In this document: positions 1-9,017 of the stretch, one piece after another
Position numbering within the stretch: the first letter of the stretch is position 1
Layout of the letters: the number at the start of each line of letters is the position of its first letter
Translations under genes and position numbers: made by a program
Source: Chloroflexota bacterium
Lineage (GTDB): Bacteria > Chloroflexota > Dehalococcoidia > UBA2979
Direction: 5' to 3'
Length of the DNA stretch: 64,000 nt
NCBI GenBank assembly: GCA_009840945.1
Contig: VXMU01000114.1
Coordinates: 5,718-69,717, forward strand
The notes under the pieces: model-generated
Database searches by the model: none
The model's input: the letters and a program-made list of their open reading frames with translations, nothing else
What the model was told of the DNA's origin: nothing

Positions 1-382
1 CGCTCCGAAGGCGGCGATGAGGACGACGGTGAGGGGGGCAAGAGGCGCGCGCAGGGTGGGGCTCCCAGCTACCCCGCCGCTGATTAACCGTAACACATCA
101 TTCCGCTAACGCGCTTTATTCATAGTGGAATGCGACTCCAACATTGATTGTGGATGACAAGTGACAAGGGGTCGTGCGGGCTGCGACAATGCCCACCGCG
201 GCGCGGACAAGCTCGCGCCACAGGCGGGGAGAGGCTTCGTTGTGGCCGGTCGAGGACTACTGCGCGCGCTGATCGTACTGACGGCCGCGGCCGCCGCGGC
301 CGTGTTCGCACTCCGCAAGCTCGGCATGATCGGTGCCGGTAACCAGGACTCGGCGATCGACTATGCGTCCGGATCCGACTCG

Positions 383-568
383 TCAGGTGATGGCGGCGAG
401 GACGACGCCACCGACGAGTAAGGCGATCACCACGGCGGCGACAATGCGCAGCACCGTCGGAGTCCAGAACCGGCGGGTCGGTGGATCCCAGTACGCGTAC
501 CCCGCCTCTTCGGTCAGGTCGGGGTCGAGGTCGCCCTCGGTCGAGTACTCCCAGCCGTCGTCCGCCAT
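383..568 (-). CDS. small hypothetical protein (61 aa) with C-terminal transmembrane helix
   Basis: rc ATG at 566-568, stop at 383; high GC3 codons; acidic N-half then hydrophobic tail VLRIVAAVVIALLVGGVVLAAIT; convergently overlaps alternative + ORF 161..421. Confidence 0.35.
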   Translation of the reverse strand: MADDGWEYSTEGDLDPDLTEEAGYAYWDPPTRRFWTPTVLRIVAAVVIALLVGGVVLAAIT

Positions 569-670
569 GCCTGTCCCTGCCCCGGATGCCATCGCGCTAC
601 GCCCGAGGCTAGCGAACGCGACCGCGCTGCGCCACGTGACGCACGCCCGGAGCGCGCCCGGAGGCCCGCC

Positions 671-1636
671 GTGACCGACGCTGCACGCGCGTCGACCGCC
701 CCGAGCGGCGGACCGCCCGCCCCGCCGGACCACGTACTCCTCGAGATCGAGGCGGTCGCCGTCGACCTCGCGCGGATGGCGGGCGAGCGGATCGTGCAGA
801 CGCTGACCCGCGAGATCACCGTGGAGTACAAGGACCAGGGCAAGGACGGCCGCTCGCCCTCGAACCCCGTCAGCGAGGTCGACCACGCGGTCGAGGAGTT
901 CTTGCGCGAGCGCCTCGGTGAGCGCTTCCCCGACCACGGCATCATCGGCGAGGAGATGGACACCCACCCCGACCGTGACGACGCCTTCGTGTGGGCCGTC
1001 GACCCGGTCGACGGGACGACCAACTTCATCAACGGCTTCCCGCTCTACGCGGTCTCGATCGGCGTCCTTCACCACGGACTGCCCGTAGTCGGCGCGATCT
1101 GGTGCTCGACCGGTCACGCGCTGCGGCCGGGTGTCTACCACGCACGCCTCGGCGGCGAGCTGTGCTTCGAGGGCGAGGCGATGCCCTCCGGCCGCCCCGC
1201 CAGCGGCGTCACCCGCAAGCTGGGCGCGGGCCCCGCGGGGTCGCCGGGCCGGTTCCGCGGCTGGGACATCCGCGTGACCGGGTCGGCCGCCATCGAGTGC
1301 GCCTTCGTCGCGGCGGGCGTCTTCCAGTACGCGGTGTTCACGGCGCCCAGCATCTGGGACGTGGCCGGCGGCGTGTGCCTCTCGCAGGCGGCGGGCCTGA
1401 GCGTGATGACCAACGGCCCGCGGGGCGTCGAGGACTTCCACCGCTTCGAGGCGCCGCGCGAGGTCAAGGCCGACCGCGAGCCCTCGCTGCGCGACTGGCG
1501 GCAGTTCATCGCGATGGGTTCGGAGGAGGCCACCGGCGGGATCGGCGAGATGATGAGCCGCCGCCGCAACCGCGTGCTGTTCCGCGTCCGTCGCGTGCTG
1601 TGGCGCTTCGCGGCGCGCTTCCTCATCCCGAGGTAG
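671..1636 (+). CDS. inositol monophosphatase family protein (SuhB/IMPase-like)
   Basis: GTG start; motifs EEMD...WAVDPVDGTTNFINGFP and WDVAGG typical of the IMPase/FIG superfamily. Confidence 0.85.
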   Translation: MTDAARASTAPSGGPPAPPDHVLLEIEAVAVDLARMAGERIVQTLTREITVEYKDQGKDGRSPSNPVSEVDHAVEEFLRERLGERFPDHGIIGEEMDTHPDRDDAFVWAVDPVDGTTNFINGFPLYAVSIGVLHHGLPVVGAIWCSTGHALRPGVYHARLGGELCFEGEAMPSGRPASGVTRKLGAGPAGSPGRFRGWDIRVTGSAAIECAFVAAGVFQYAVFTAPSIWDVAGGVCLSQAAGLSVMTNGPRGVEDFHRFEAPREVKADREPSLRDWRQFIAMGSEEATGGIGEMMSRRRNRVLFRVRRVLWRFAARFLIPR

Positions 1637-1665
1637 CACCGCCCGCCACGACGCCGCCCTCGCGG

Positions 1666-2085
1666 CTACTCCGACTCCTCGAGCCGCAGCTCGCCGCTCC
1701 ACGCCTCCGTGCCGACCTCGATCTCGCAGGTCACGCGCGCGCCCCCTGCGGGGTCGCCGCGGAGCTGCGGGAAGCCGGCGAGGTCGCCCTCGGCGGCGTC
1801 GACGACGAAGCGGGCGCGCACGGCGGCGGCCCCGGTCTCGTCGCTCGCCTCGACCGCGCCGGTGGCGAGCGAGGCGTTGAGCTCGCCGGCGTTGTCGGCG
1901 ACGGTCACGTAGCCCTCGGCGAGCGGGATCTCGCCCTCGCGCCCGAGCAGCCACACGAGGCTGACGGCGAAGACGACGCCGTCGCCGGCCTCCGACTCGC
2001 CGTCGAGCACCACCTGGCAGCGCCCGTCGAGGAGCTCCTCGCGCTCGATCACCTCGCCGCTGACGCGCCACACCACGGAGGTCAT
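1666..2085 (-). CDS. hypothetical protein (139 aa)
   Basis: ORF with high GC3 codon bias in the gap between flanking genes; no recognisable motif. Confidence 0.4.
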   Translation of the reverse strand: MTSVVWRVSGEVIEREELLDGRCQVVLDGESEAGDGVVFAVSLVWLLGREGEIPLAEGYVTVADNAGELNASLATGAVEASDETGAAAVRARFVVDAAEGDLAGFPQLRGDPAGGARVTCEIEVGTEAWSGELRLEESE

Positions 2086-2142
2086 GGGGGCATGCTAGCG
2101 GCGGCGAGCGTCAGGGCCGAGCGTGGTGCAGACTGGTCCGCG

Positions 2143-2706
2143 ATGGCCGATATCTTCTTCCCGATGATGCCGACGCCCGATTGGGCGCGGGACCTCTCGC
2201 ACCGCGTGCTCGACGACGTGGGGGACGGGGGCCACTACACGATCGAGTGGCGCTGGGGCGACCCGCGGCCAAAGAGCTGGGCGCAACCCCTGCGTCGTCG
2301 CGTCGTGATCCGGGCGCCCTCGGACCGCGGCCACGCCGCCCTCGCGTCGACGCTGCTGCACGAGCTGGCGCACGTCGTGCTGCCCCCGGGGGTGCACCAC
2401 TCACGCCTGTTCTGGCTCTCCTTCTACGGGCTCGTCGAGCGCTACGGATCGGGCGGCGGCTGCGCGCTCACGTCCGAGGACGCCTACGTGCTCTCGCGCC
2501 ACTACCGGGTCACGGCGATCAAGGTGGCAGCCGACCTCGGTGTCCGCGCCGCGCGCGCCGACCTCGCGGAGCGCACGCCCGGCGCGCCCGACCCCCGGTA
2601 CTGGCTCGCGGAGACGCTCGCCCTCGAACGCCGGCTCTTCGAGCAGACCTGCGATGCTTGCCTCCGGGACTCGGAGGTGCCCGTCCGCGCAGAGGCGGCT
2701 GGGTAG
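2143..2706 (+). CDS. DUF45/YgjP-like zinc metallohydrolase (SprT-like), possibly N-terminally short
   Basis: HELAHVVLPPGVHHSRLFWLSFYGLV matches the HExxH...HS..FW signature of the YgjP/DUF45 family; first in-frame ATG at 2143. Confidence 0.5.
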   Translation: MADIFFPMMPTPDWARDLSHRVLDDVGDGGHYTIEWRWGDPRPKSWAQPLRRRVVIRAPSDRGHAALASTLLHELAHVVLPPGVHHSRLFWLSFYGLVERYGSGGGCALTSEDAYVLSRHYRVTAIKVAADLGVRAARADLAERTPGAPDPRYWLAETLALERRLFEQTCDACLRDSEVPVRAEAAG

Positions 2707-2730
2707 GCGCGACCGACGGCTGAGCCGCGC

Positions 2731-3678
2731 TCACCCGTCGAGTTCGAGCGTCTCCATCAACTCTCGCCACTCCCGAGCGGAGATCCCCGATGCCTTCCGC
2801 AGCTCGTCGGCCTCGGAGCGACGACCCTTGACCAGTGATCGGACGACCGAGAGTGCGCCGGCTGAGAGGTTCCCGCCGTTCATCCGATAGTCGCAAAACG
2901 CCTCGTAGGCGAGCGGGACCCAGAGCTTCACGACACGCTCGAGGATCGCATCGGCATAGACGCGGATTTCGTACTGGGCGTGCTCGTCCGCGCGCAGGGA
3001 CAGGAAGTGCAGCAGGTTGTGCAGGTCAATCTTCCAGTACCACTGCGTGTAGAAGTTGAGCGACAGGTTCGTCCGGGCCAGCTCGCGCGCCAGACCGCTC
3101 TGGCCTTCGTCACCCGCCTCTCCGGCGGGCGACTCGTTCAATAGCTCCTCGTAGTGGCTGTAGGCGCGTTCGGCGTCCTCACGCAGCAGCTCCTGCACGC
3201 GCGCGGCTTCGTCCGGCGAGAGCTGCTCACCGCGGCCCTGGCGGTTGGTCGAGGACTGAGCCCGGATGACCTCAGCCTCCGGAATGTAGAACTCGCGGTC
3301 GAGGATCGAGTAGCGGGCGGAGTATTCGTTGACGTTGGCCGTGCGGTGCCGGATCCACTGTCGTGCGACGAAGATCGGGAGCTTGACGTGCAGCTTGATC
3401 TCGCACATCTCGAAGGGAGTCGTGTGCCTGTTGCGCATCAGGTAGCGGATGAGCCCGCGGTCGTCCGACGTACGTCGCGTGCCGCGCCCGTACGACACGC
3501 GTGCCGCCTGCACGATGGCGCCGTCGTCGCCCATGTAGTCGACCACCCGCACGAAGCCGTGGTCCAGCACCTGCACGGGCGTGTACAAGAGGTCTTCGAG
3601 GGCGGGGACGGTGGCGCGCTTCGTGTCGTACCGCTGCGTGCGCAGGGCCTCCAACTCGGCTCGCTGCTCCTGCGTCAT
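2731..3678 (-). CDS. thyX: FAD-dependent thymidylate synthase ThyX
   Basis: ThyX signature [15 protein letters not shown] (RHR..S motif); start chosen at MTQEQRAE (rc ATG 3676-3678). Confidence 0.85.
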   Translation of the reverse strand: MTQEQRAELEALRTQRYDTKRATVPALEDLLYTPVQVLDHGFVRVVDYMGDDGAIVQAARVSYGRGTRRTSDDRGLIRYLMRNRHTTPFEMCEIKLHVKLPIFVARQWIRHRTANVNEYSARYSILDREFYIPEAEVIRAQSSTNRQGRGEQLSPDEAARVQELLREDAERAYSHYEELLNESPAGEAGDEGQSGLARELARTNLSLNFYTQWYWKIDLHNLLHFLSLRADEHAQYEIRVYADAILERVVKLWVPLAYEAFCDYRMNGGNLSAGALSVVRSLVKGRRSEADELRKASGISAREWRELMETLELDG

Positions 3679-3848
3679 GAAGTCGGTCGTGGTGCCCACC
3701 TCCCGCTCGGCGAGCCTCGTACCGGTGCCGTCACGCACCGCGGTTCGAGGCTCGGACCAGCCGCATTCTACACCCCGTCCACGGGCCAACCCGCCTTGGA
3801 GCATCGCTGTCGCCCACGACGGGATGGTCGAGGCCGCGACCGTCCTAT

Positions 3849-3960
3849 CCGCCCGTTTACGGTCGCGTTAGCTCGCAAGTCGGTACCGTGAGCGGGTGCG
3901 CGCCCGACTGGCGCGCACGCTGACCGGCGGGGGCTTCCATGCTCGGACTACTCGGCACAC
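3849..3960. repeat. direct repeat copy 1 flanking hicAB cassette (degenerate copy of yceI-like 5' region)
   Basis: ccgcccgtttacggtcgcgttagctcgcNagtcggtaccNtgagcgggtgcgcgcccg is about 95% identical to 4631..4692; weaker similarity continues through a pseudo start ...ccatgctcgg. Confidence 0.8.
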
Positions 3961-4080
3961 GCAGCGCGTACGGCGGGAGCGCGCGGCCTCGGCGACCGCG
4001 ACGCCGACTTCGAGATCATCGAGGTGGAGCAGGTGGGCGAGCCGGCCGAGCAGTACTAGCCTGCTGAGCACGCCCGCCAC

Positions 4081-4281
4081 GTGCCGAAGGTCCGGGATGC
4101 GATTCGCCTGGTCGAGGGCGACGGGTGGCGGCTCGTCAGGACGCGCGGCAGCCACCGCCAGTACCATCATCCTGTGAAGAGCGGGACGGTGACGATTCCG
4201 GGCCGACCTCGGGACGATCTCGCGAGGGGGACCTGGCTCAGTATACTGAGGCAGGCCGGACTTCGAGGGGAGCGCCGGTGA
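4081..4281 (+). CDS. hicA: type II toxin HicA (mRNA interferase)
   Basis: 66 aa; GSHRQYHHPVKSGTVTIPGRPRDDLARGTWLSILRQAGL matches the HicA/YcfA family; GTG start. Confidence 0.85.
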   Translation: MPKVRDAIRLVEGDGWRLVRTRGSHRQYHHPVKSGTVTIPGRPRDDLARGTWLSILRQAGLRGERR

Positions 4282-4595
4282 AGCTCAAGTACGCCGTCGT
4301 CTATGAGCGAGCACCCGCCAACTTCAGCGCGTACGTGCCCGATTTGCCTGGCTGTGTCAGCACCGGCGAGACGCTCGACGACGTCAAGCAGATGATCGCC
4401 GAGGCCATCGTGTTCCACATCGAGGGCCTCACCGAACACGGTGAGCCCGTCCCCCCACCGAAGATGTCCGTCGGTGACGCCATGGCGCACCACATCGCGG
4501 CGCTCGCCGAGGCCAACGAGGATGTCCCGGATACCGAGACCACGTTCGGGATCGTCGAGGTGGAGACGGAGCCGTCGCCTGCCACAGCGCGCTGA
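4278..4595 (+). CDS. hicB: type II antitoxin HicB (UPF0150)
   Basis: GTG start overlaps the hicA stop (GTGA); YAVVYERAPANFSAYVPDLPGCVSTGETLDDVKQMIAEAIVFHIEG is the HicB N-terminal fold signature. Confidence 0.85.
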   Translation: MKLKYAVVYERAPANFSAYVPDLPGCVSTGETLDDVKQMIAEAIVFHIEGLTEHGEPVPPPKMSVGDAMAHHIAALAEANEDVPDTETTFGIVEVETEPSPATAR

Positions 4596-4630
4596 TTCCC
4601 GTTCAGGCTCCCGCTCCCTAGCACACCCGT

Positions 4631-4745
4631 CCGCCCGTTTACGGTCGCGTTAGCTCGCCAGTCGGTACCCTGAGCGGGTGCGCGCCCGGCTGTGGCGTCG
4701 CGCCGCGGCGGGGAGGCGTCCATGCTCGGGCAACTACGAACACGC
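4631..4745. repeat. direct repeat copy 2 (native 5' region and start of yceI-like gene)
   Basis: Matches 3849..3960; contains the real ATG (4692) of the downstream gene. Confidence 0.8.
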
Positions 4746-5564
4746 ATCGTCCTGGGGGCCGTCGCCGTCGCCGTGGTCGGGGCTGGCGTCTGGTACTTCG
4801 TCATCCGCGACGACGCACCCGCGCCTGTCAGCCTCGAAACCGCCGTCAGCTCGGTAGAGGACGCGACCGCCACCCCAACAGCGCCGCCGGCGGCCGCCAC
4901 GTCCACCCCGGAGCCCACCGCGACGGCCGCGGCGACCGCCACCGAGGCGCCGGCCTCGACGCCCGAGCCAACGCCAACACCGACGCCCACCCCCACACCC
5001 ACCGAGGAGCCGGCCCCGACGTGGCCGGACGACCCGACCGGCGAGTGGGTCGTCTCCGAAGCCGGCGAGACCTTCGTCGGCTACCGCGTCAACGAGGAGC
5101 TCGCCAGCGTCGGCGCCTTCACGGCGGTCGGACGCACCAGCGCCGTCACCGGCTCGCTCGTCTTCGACGGCGCGGCCATCACGGCGGTGGAGATCGAGGC
5201 GGACGTCACGCGCCTCAGCAGCGGCGACTCGCGTCGCGACAACGCACTCCGCTCGCAGGGCCTGGAGACCGGCACCTACCCCACGGCGTCGTTCAGCCTG
5301 ACGCAGCCGATCGCCCTCGACGCCGTGCCGGCCGAGGGCGACTCGATCGCCGTCGACGCGGTCGGCGAGCTCACGATCCACGGCGTGACGAACGAGGTCA
5401 CGATCCCGCTCGAGGGCCAGCGGACGGGCGGCTACGTCGTGGTCGTCGGGTCGCTGGAGATCACGTTCGCCGACTACGGGATGGAGACGCCGCGGGCGTT
5501 CATCGTCGTCTCGATCGAGGACTTCGGGGTGATGGAGTTCCAGCTCGTCTTCGAGCCCGCGTAG
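4692..5564 (+). CDS. YceI-like family protein with N-terminal TM anchor and Thr/Pro-rich linker
   Basis: SGDSRRDNALRSQGLETGTYPTASFSLT and HGVTNEVTIPLEG match YceI-domain motifs; TPTPTPTPTPT linker encoded by a short hexanucleotide tandem repeat at 4967..5003. Confidence 0.8.
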   Translation: MASRRGGEASMLGQLRTRIVLGAVAVAVVGAGVWYFVIRDDAPAPVSLETAVSSVEDATATPTAPPAAATSTPEPTATAAATATEAPASTPEPTPTPTPTPTPTEEPAPTWPDDPTGEWVVSEAGETFVGYRVNEELASVGAFTAVGRTSAVTGSLVFDGAAITAVEIEADVTRLSSGDSRRDNALRSQGLETGTYPTASFSLTQPIALDAVPAEGDSIAVDAVGELTIHGVTNEVTIPLEGQRTGGYVVVVGSLEITFADYGMETPRAFIVVSIEDFGVMEFQLVFEPA

Positions 5565-5588
5565 CGGCGTAGCGCCTCGACGGCCGGG

Positions 5589-7124
5589 TCAGGCGGCGGC
5601 TTCGACCTCGGCTTCCGCCTCGGCGATGCCGTCGTGCGACGACTTCGCGCGGCGCGCGGGCGACATCGTGATCCGCTGCGCGCCGAACAGGGCCATCAGC
5701 GCGATGAACGCGACGAGGGCCACGCCAAGCGCGGAGAAGGTCGCGAAGCCGCCGATCGCGTCGCCGAGCACGCCGAGCGGTCCGCCCATGAGCGGGAAGA
5801 CGCCGAAGGTGAGCATGTAGAGGCTCATCACGCGCCCGTGGTACTCGGGCGCGGCGGTCATCATCAGCATCGAGTTGTTGAGCGCCATGTAGCCCATCTG
5901 GAAGACGCCGAGCAGAAGCATCGCGGCGAGTGCGCCCGGGAAGCCGAACACCGCCGACCCCAGCCCGAGGAACACGAGCCCGGCGCCCCAGCCCGCGCCG
6001 AGCCCGCTCTGGATGAGCGGCAGCTTCGACCGGGGGTTGAGCGTCGCGATCGTCAGCGACCCGAGCAGCGCGCCGACCGCCGAGACCCCCACGAGCAGGC
6101 TGAAGCCGAACTCGCCCTGTCCGAGATCGGCGCGCGCGAACGCGGGGAGGATCGTGACGTACGGGATGCCGAGCAGGACCGGCACGAAGGCCATGAACAT
6201 CAGCACCCGCAGCGCGCGCGTGTCGCGCACGTAACGCAGTCCGATTGCGATGTCGTCGAACATCCCGCGCTTCTCACGGTTGAGGTGGGCCGTGCTGCGG
6301 GGGAGCAGGATGACGGTGAGCCACCCGATGCCGTACATCGCGCCGGTGATGTAGTAGGTCACGTCGAAGCCCCAGAACGAGATGAAGAGTCCGGCCGCGA
6401 GCGGCGAGAAGATGCGCGTCGAGTTCATCGCGGTGTTGTTGAGGGCGATGGCGTTCATCATCTGGTCGCGCGGGACGACCTCGGGGATGAACGCCTGGCG
6501 GGCGGGCATGTTGAACGAGAACGTCGCGCCCATGAACACGCCGACGATGAACAGCATCGGCAGCGAGATGATGCCGGTGGTGATGGCGAATCCGATGAAT
6601 ATCGCCTGTGCCATCACGCCCAGCTGGGTGATCAGGAGAATCTGGCGCTTGTCCATGCGGTCGGCAATCGCGCCTCCGGGGAGGGCGAAGAAGAACTGCG
6701 GCACGCCCCACGCCATGGCGAGCACGCCGACGGCCGTGAAGGTCCCGGACAGCTCGTAGGCGAGCAGGCCCTGCGCGATCATCTGCATCTGCATGCCCGT
6801 CATGCCGACGGCCATCGAGATCCAGAGCAGGCGGTACTTCGGGTACCGGAACGCGGAGAACGTGCGGCGGAACCCCGGCTTCTGCGCGCCCGGGCCGCCC
6901 GGCGGTCCGCCACCGGGGCCACCGGGGCCGCCGGGTCCACCCGGTCGTCCGCCACCGGGCCCACCGTTGCGCGCCGGAGGGCCCCCGTTCGCCGAGGGGC
7001 CACCCGGGCCCACCGGGGGCGCGCCGTTCGGCTGCTGCCCGCCCGCCGACGCCGGGGTGGCGACGCCGCCCGCGCCGCCGGGGCGCGGGTCCGAGTCGGC
7101 GGAGGTGACCGGTCCGGCAGTCAT
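5589..7124 (-). CDS. MFS transporter (EntS/DHA3-like) with Gly/Pro-rich cytoplasmic N-terminal extension
   Basis: 12 TM MFS architecture; start chosen at MTAGPVTSA (rc ATG 7122-7124) rather than 7322 to avoid overlap with the divergent gene; GGPGGPGGPGGG low-complexity N-terminus. Confidence 0.75.
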   Translation of the reverse strand: MTAGPVTSADSDPRPGGAGGVATPASAGGQQPNGAPPVGPGGPSANGGPPARNGGPGGGRPGGPGGPGGPGGGPPGGPGAQKPGFRRTFSAFRYPKYRLLWISMAVGMTGMQMQMIAQGLLAYELSGTFTAVGVLAMAWGVPQFFFALPGGAIADRMDKRQILLITQLGVMAQAIFIGFAITTGIISLPMLFIVGVFMGATFSFNMPARQAFIPEVVPRDQMMNAIALNNTAMNSTRIFSPLAAGLFISFWGFDVTYYITGAMYGIGWLTVILLPRSTAHLNREKRGMFDDIAIGLRYVRDTRALRVLMFMAFVPVLLGIPYVTILPAFARADLGQGEFGFSLLVGVSAVGALLGSLTIATLNPRSKLPLIQSGLGAGWGAGLVFLGLGSAVFGFPGALAAMLLLGVFQMGYMALNNSMLMMTAAPEYHGRVMSLYMLTFGVFPLMGGPLGVLGDAIGGFATFSALGVALVAFIALMALFGAQRITMSPARRAKSSHDGIAEAEAEVEAAA

Positions 7125-7311
7125 CGGCGCTCCCGCATCAAGCCGACTCGGCGCGCGGCCGCGCGCGTGAGGCCGGCTCGGCGCATTCGGGGTGGGACAA
7201 TCAGGGTAGGTTCGGGCAAACCTGCCGTCAACGTAAGGTTGGCGCAAGCACCGCCCCCGGTATGATCGCGCGGAGCCCGGGCGCGGAGCCGCACGGGCGC
7301 GAAGGGCTCCC

Positions 7312-7752
7312 ATGATCGCCATCCCGCCGTCCGCCCGCAGGCTGCTCGAGGACCGTGCCTACGGACACCTCGTCACCCGGAACCCGGACGGCTCACCGCA
7401 GACGTCGATGCTGTGGTGCGACATCGAGGGCGACGAGTTGCGGTGCAACACGGTCGACGGGCGCGTGAAGGTCCGGAACATACGGCGCGACCCGCGCGTG
7501 ATCGTGAGCGTGCAGGACCACGACAATCCGCTGCTGTACCTGGTGGTGCACGGCCGCGTCACGGCCATGACTCCGGACGGCGCGCAGGAGCACATCGAAC
7601 GGCTCGGGGAGCGTTTCACCGAGCCCGGTGAACAGGCACTACTGGCGCAGTTTCGGGGAGTCGACGCACCGCGACTGCTCGTGCGCATCGCCGCCGAGCG
7701 GCTCGGCGGTTGGGGACCTTGGCTCGGCGAGCAGGGTGAAGCAACGGAGTAG
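7312..7752 (+). CDS. PPOX-class F420-dependent oxidoreductase family protein
   Basis: Pyridoxamine 5'-phosphate oxidase-like split-barrel protein, 146 aa, with the NPDGSPQ...W pattern of the TIGR03618-like family. Confidence 0.7.
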   Translation: MIAIPPSARRLLEDRAYGHLVTRNPDGSPQTSMLWCDIEGDELRCNTVDGRVKVRNIRRDPRVIVSVQDHDNPLLYLVVHGRVTAMTPDGAQEHIERLGERFTEPGEQALLAQFRGVDAPRLLVRIAAERLGGWGPWLGEQGEATE

Positions 7753-7756
7753 ACAG

Positions 7757-8113
7757 ATGACGAGCGACGCGAGCGCGGCACCGGACGACCAACTCGGCGT
7801 GGCCATGGAAGAGAGCCTCGCCGAGGAGTGCGCCAACTGGATCGCCGAGCAACTCACCGACGAGTTCGGCGGGTTCGTCTCGGCGGAGATGATCGACGCG
7901 ATCTTCGAGTTCGAGGTCATCCTCCGCAACGAGCACAACGACGCCGAGATGGACCACCGCACCATGGCGGACCGGCTGCTCGTGCGGCTCGAGGAGGAGG
8001 GCGCGCCGGTGGGCGAACGCTGGGGCGTCACCTCGCACCTGCTGGTCGAGATCCTGCACTGGGAGGACGAGTTCCGCGCGCTCGCGAACCAGCCCCGGAC
8101 CGTCCGCCCCTAG
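7757..8113 (+). CDS. hypothetical acidic protein (118 aa)
   Basis: Starts 5 nt after the PPOX stop; coding-like codon bias; no motif. Confidence 0.45.
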   Translation: MTSDASAAPDDQLGVAMEESLAEECANWIAEQLTDEFGGFVSAEMIDAIFEFEVILRNEHNDAEMDHRTMADRLLVRLEEEGAPVGERWGVTSHLLVEILHWEDEFRALANQPRTVRP

Positions 8114-8126
8114 ACAGCGGACCGGC

Positions 8127-9017
8127 TCAGGCCCCGCGTGCGTCGGGGTGCTGGACTGCCGCCGCGACCTCGTCGCGGATCGCCTTCAGCCGCTGCACGT
8201 TCTCGAGGTCCGGCCCGTCGTTCTCGATGCCCGGCACCTCCAGCAGGAACGTCTTGCCGGTGAACGCCATCGAGCCGAGCACCGCGCGGAAGCCGTCGTA
8301 GCCGATCTCGCCGTCGCCGATGTTCTCGTGGCGGTCGAGGTTCCCGCCGAGCTCGCCCTTCGAGTCGTTGGCGTGCACCACGGCCAGGTGCTCGAGCCCG
8401 ATCTCCTCGTCGAACCGCTCGACCATCTCGGTCACGCCGTCCTCGCTGCGCAGGTCGTGGCCGGCGGCGAACACGTGGCAGGTGTCGACACAGACCTGCA
8501 GCCGCGGCGACCGCACGGCGTCGAGGATGACGCCGAGGTCTGTAAACGAGCCGATGGTCCCGCCCTGCCCGGCGGAGGTTTCGAGGGCGAGCGTGGCGTC
8601 GTCGGGCGTCATGTCGATGATGCGCTCGATGGCCATCAGCACGCGCGGCAAGACGGCCTCGAGCCCCGCCTCGCGGTGCGAGCCCGTGTGCAGCACGAGG
8701 CCCGCCGCGCCCGCCTCGTGCGCGACGGTCAGCGCGTTGACCACGGAGTCGATGGAGCGTTCGTACTGCTGGTCGCTCGGCGCGGCGAGGTTCACGAGGT
8801 AGGAGCCGTGCAGCCACGCGGGGGCGAGGCCGGCCTCGGCGCTGAGCTCGCGGAAGCGCTGGAACGCCTCGGGCTTGTGCTGCGTCTGCCGCCACGCGCG
8901 CGGCGAGCTGCCGAAGAGCTGCACGGCCTCGGCCTCGATCGCGACGGCGCGCTCGGCGGCCGTCCACAGCCCGCCCGACGCCGAGCAGTGCGCGCCGATG
9001 GTGATGGCGCTCGCCAT
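8127..9017 (-). CDS. nfo: deoxyribonuclease IV (endonuclease IV, AP endonuclease family 2)
   Basis: 296 aa from MASAITIGAHCSASGG; xylose-isomerase-like TIM barrel with HTGSH, CVDTCH and HANDSK metal-ligand motifs. Confidence 0.85.
   Translation of the reverse strand: MASAITIGAHCSASGGLWTAAERAVAIEAEAVQLFGSSPRAWRQTQHKPEAFQRFRELSAEAGLAPAWLHGSYLVNLAAPSDQQYERSIDSVVNALTVAHEAGAAGLVLHTGSHREAGLEAVLPRVLMAIERIIDMTPDDATLALETSAGQGGTIGSFTDLGVILDAVRSPRLQVCVDTCHVFAAGHDLRSEDGVTEMVERFDEEIGLEHLAVVHANDSKGELGGNLDRHENIGDGEIGYDGFRAVLGSMAFTGKTFLLEVPGIENDGPDLENVQRLKAIRDEVAAAVQHPDARGA

Noticed and set aside
991-2706. 571-aa plus-strand ORF spanning the IMPase region
   Set aside because: It runs out of frame through the inositol monophosphatase gene and across the minus-strand 1666..2085 ORF. 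Only its last 187 codons, from ATG 2143, carry a recognisable DUF45 HExxH signature.
6790-7170. Short tandem repeats (GGNCCNCCN) that could be mistaken for a CRISPR-like or minisatellite array
   Set aside because: The repeat units are 9 nt with no spacers. They lie inside the MFS coding sequence and encode a GGPGG low-complexity tract.
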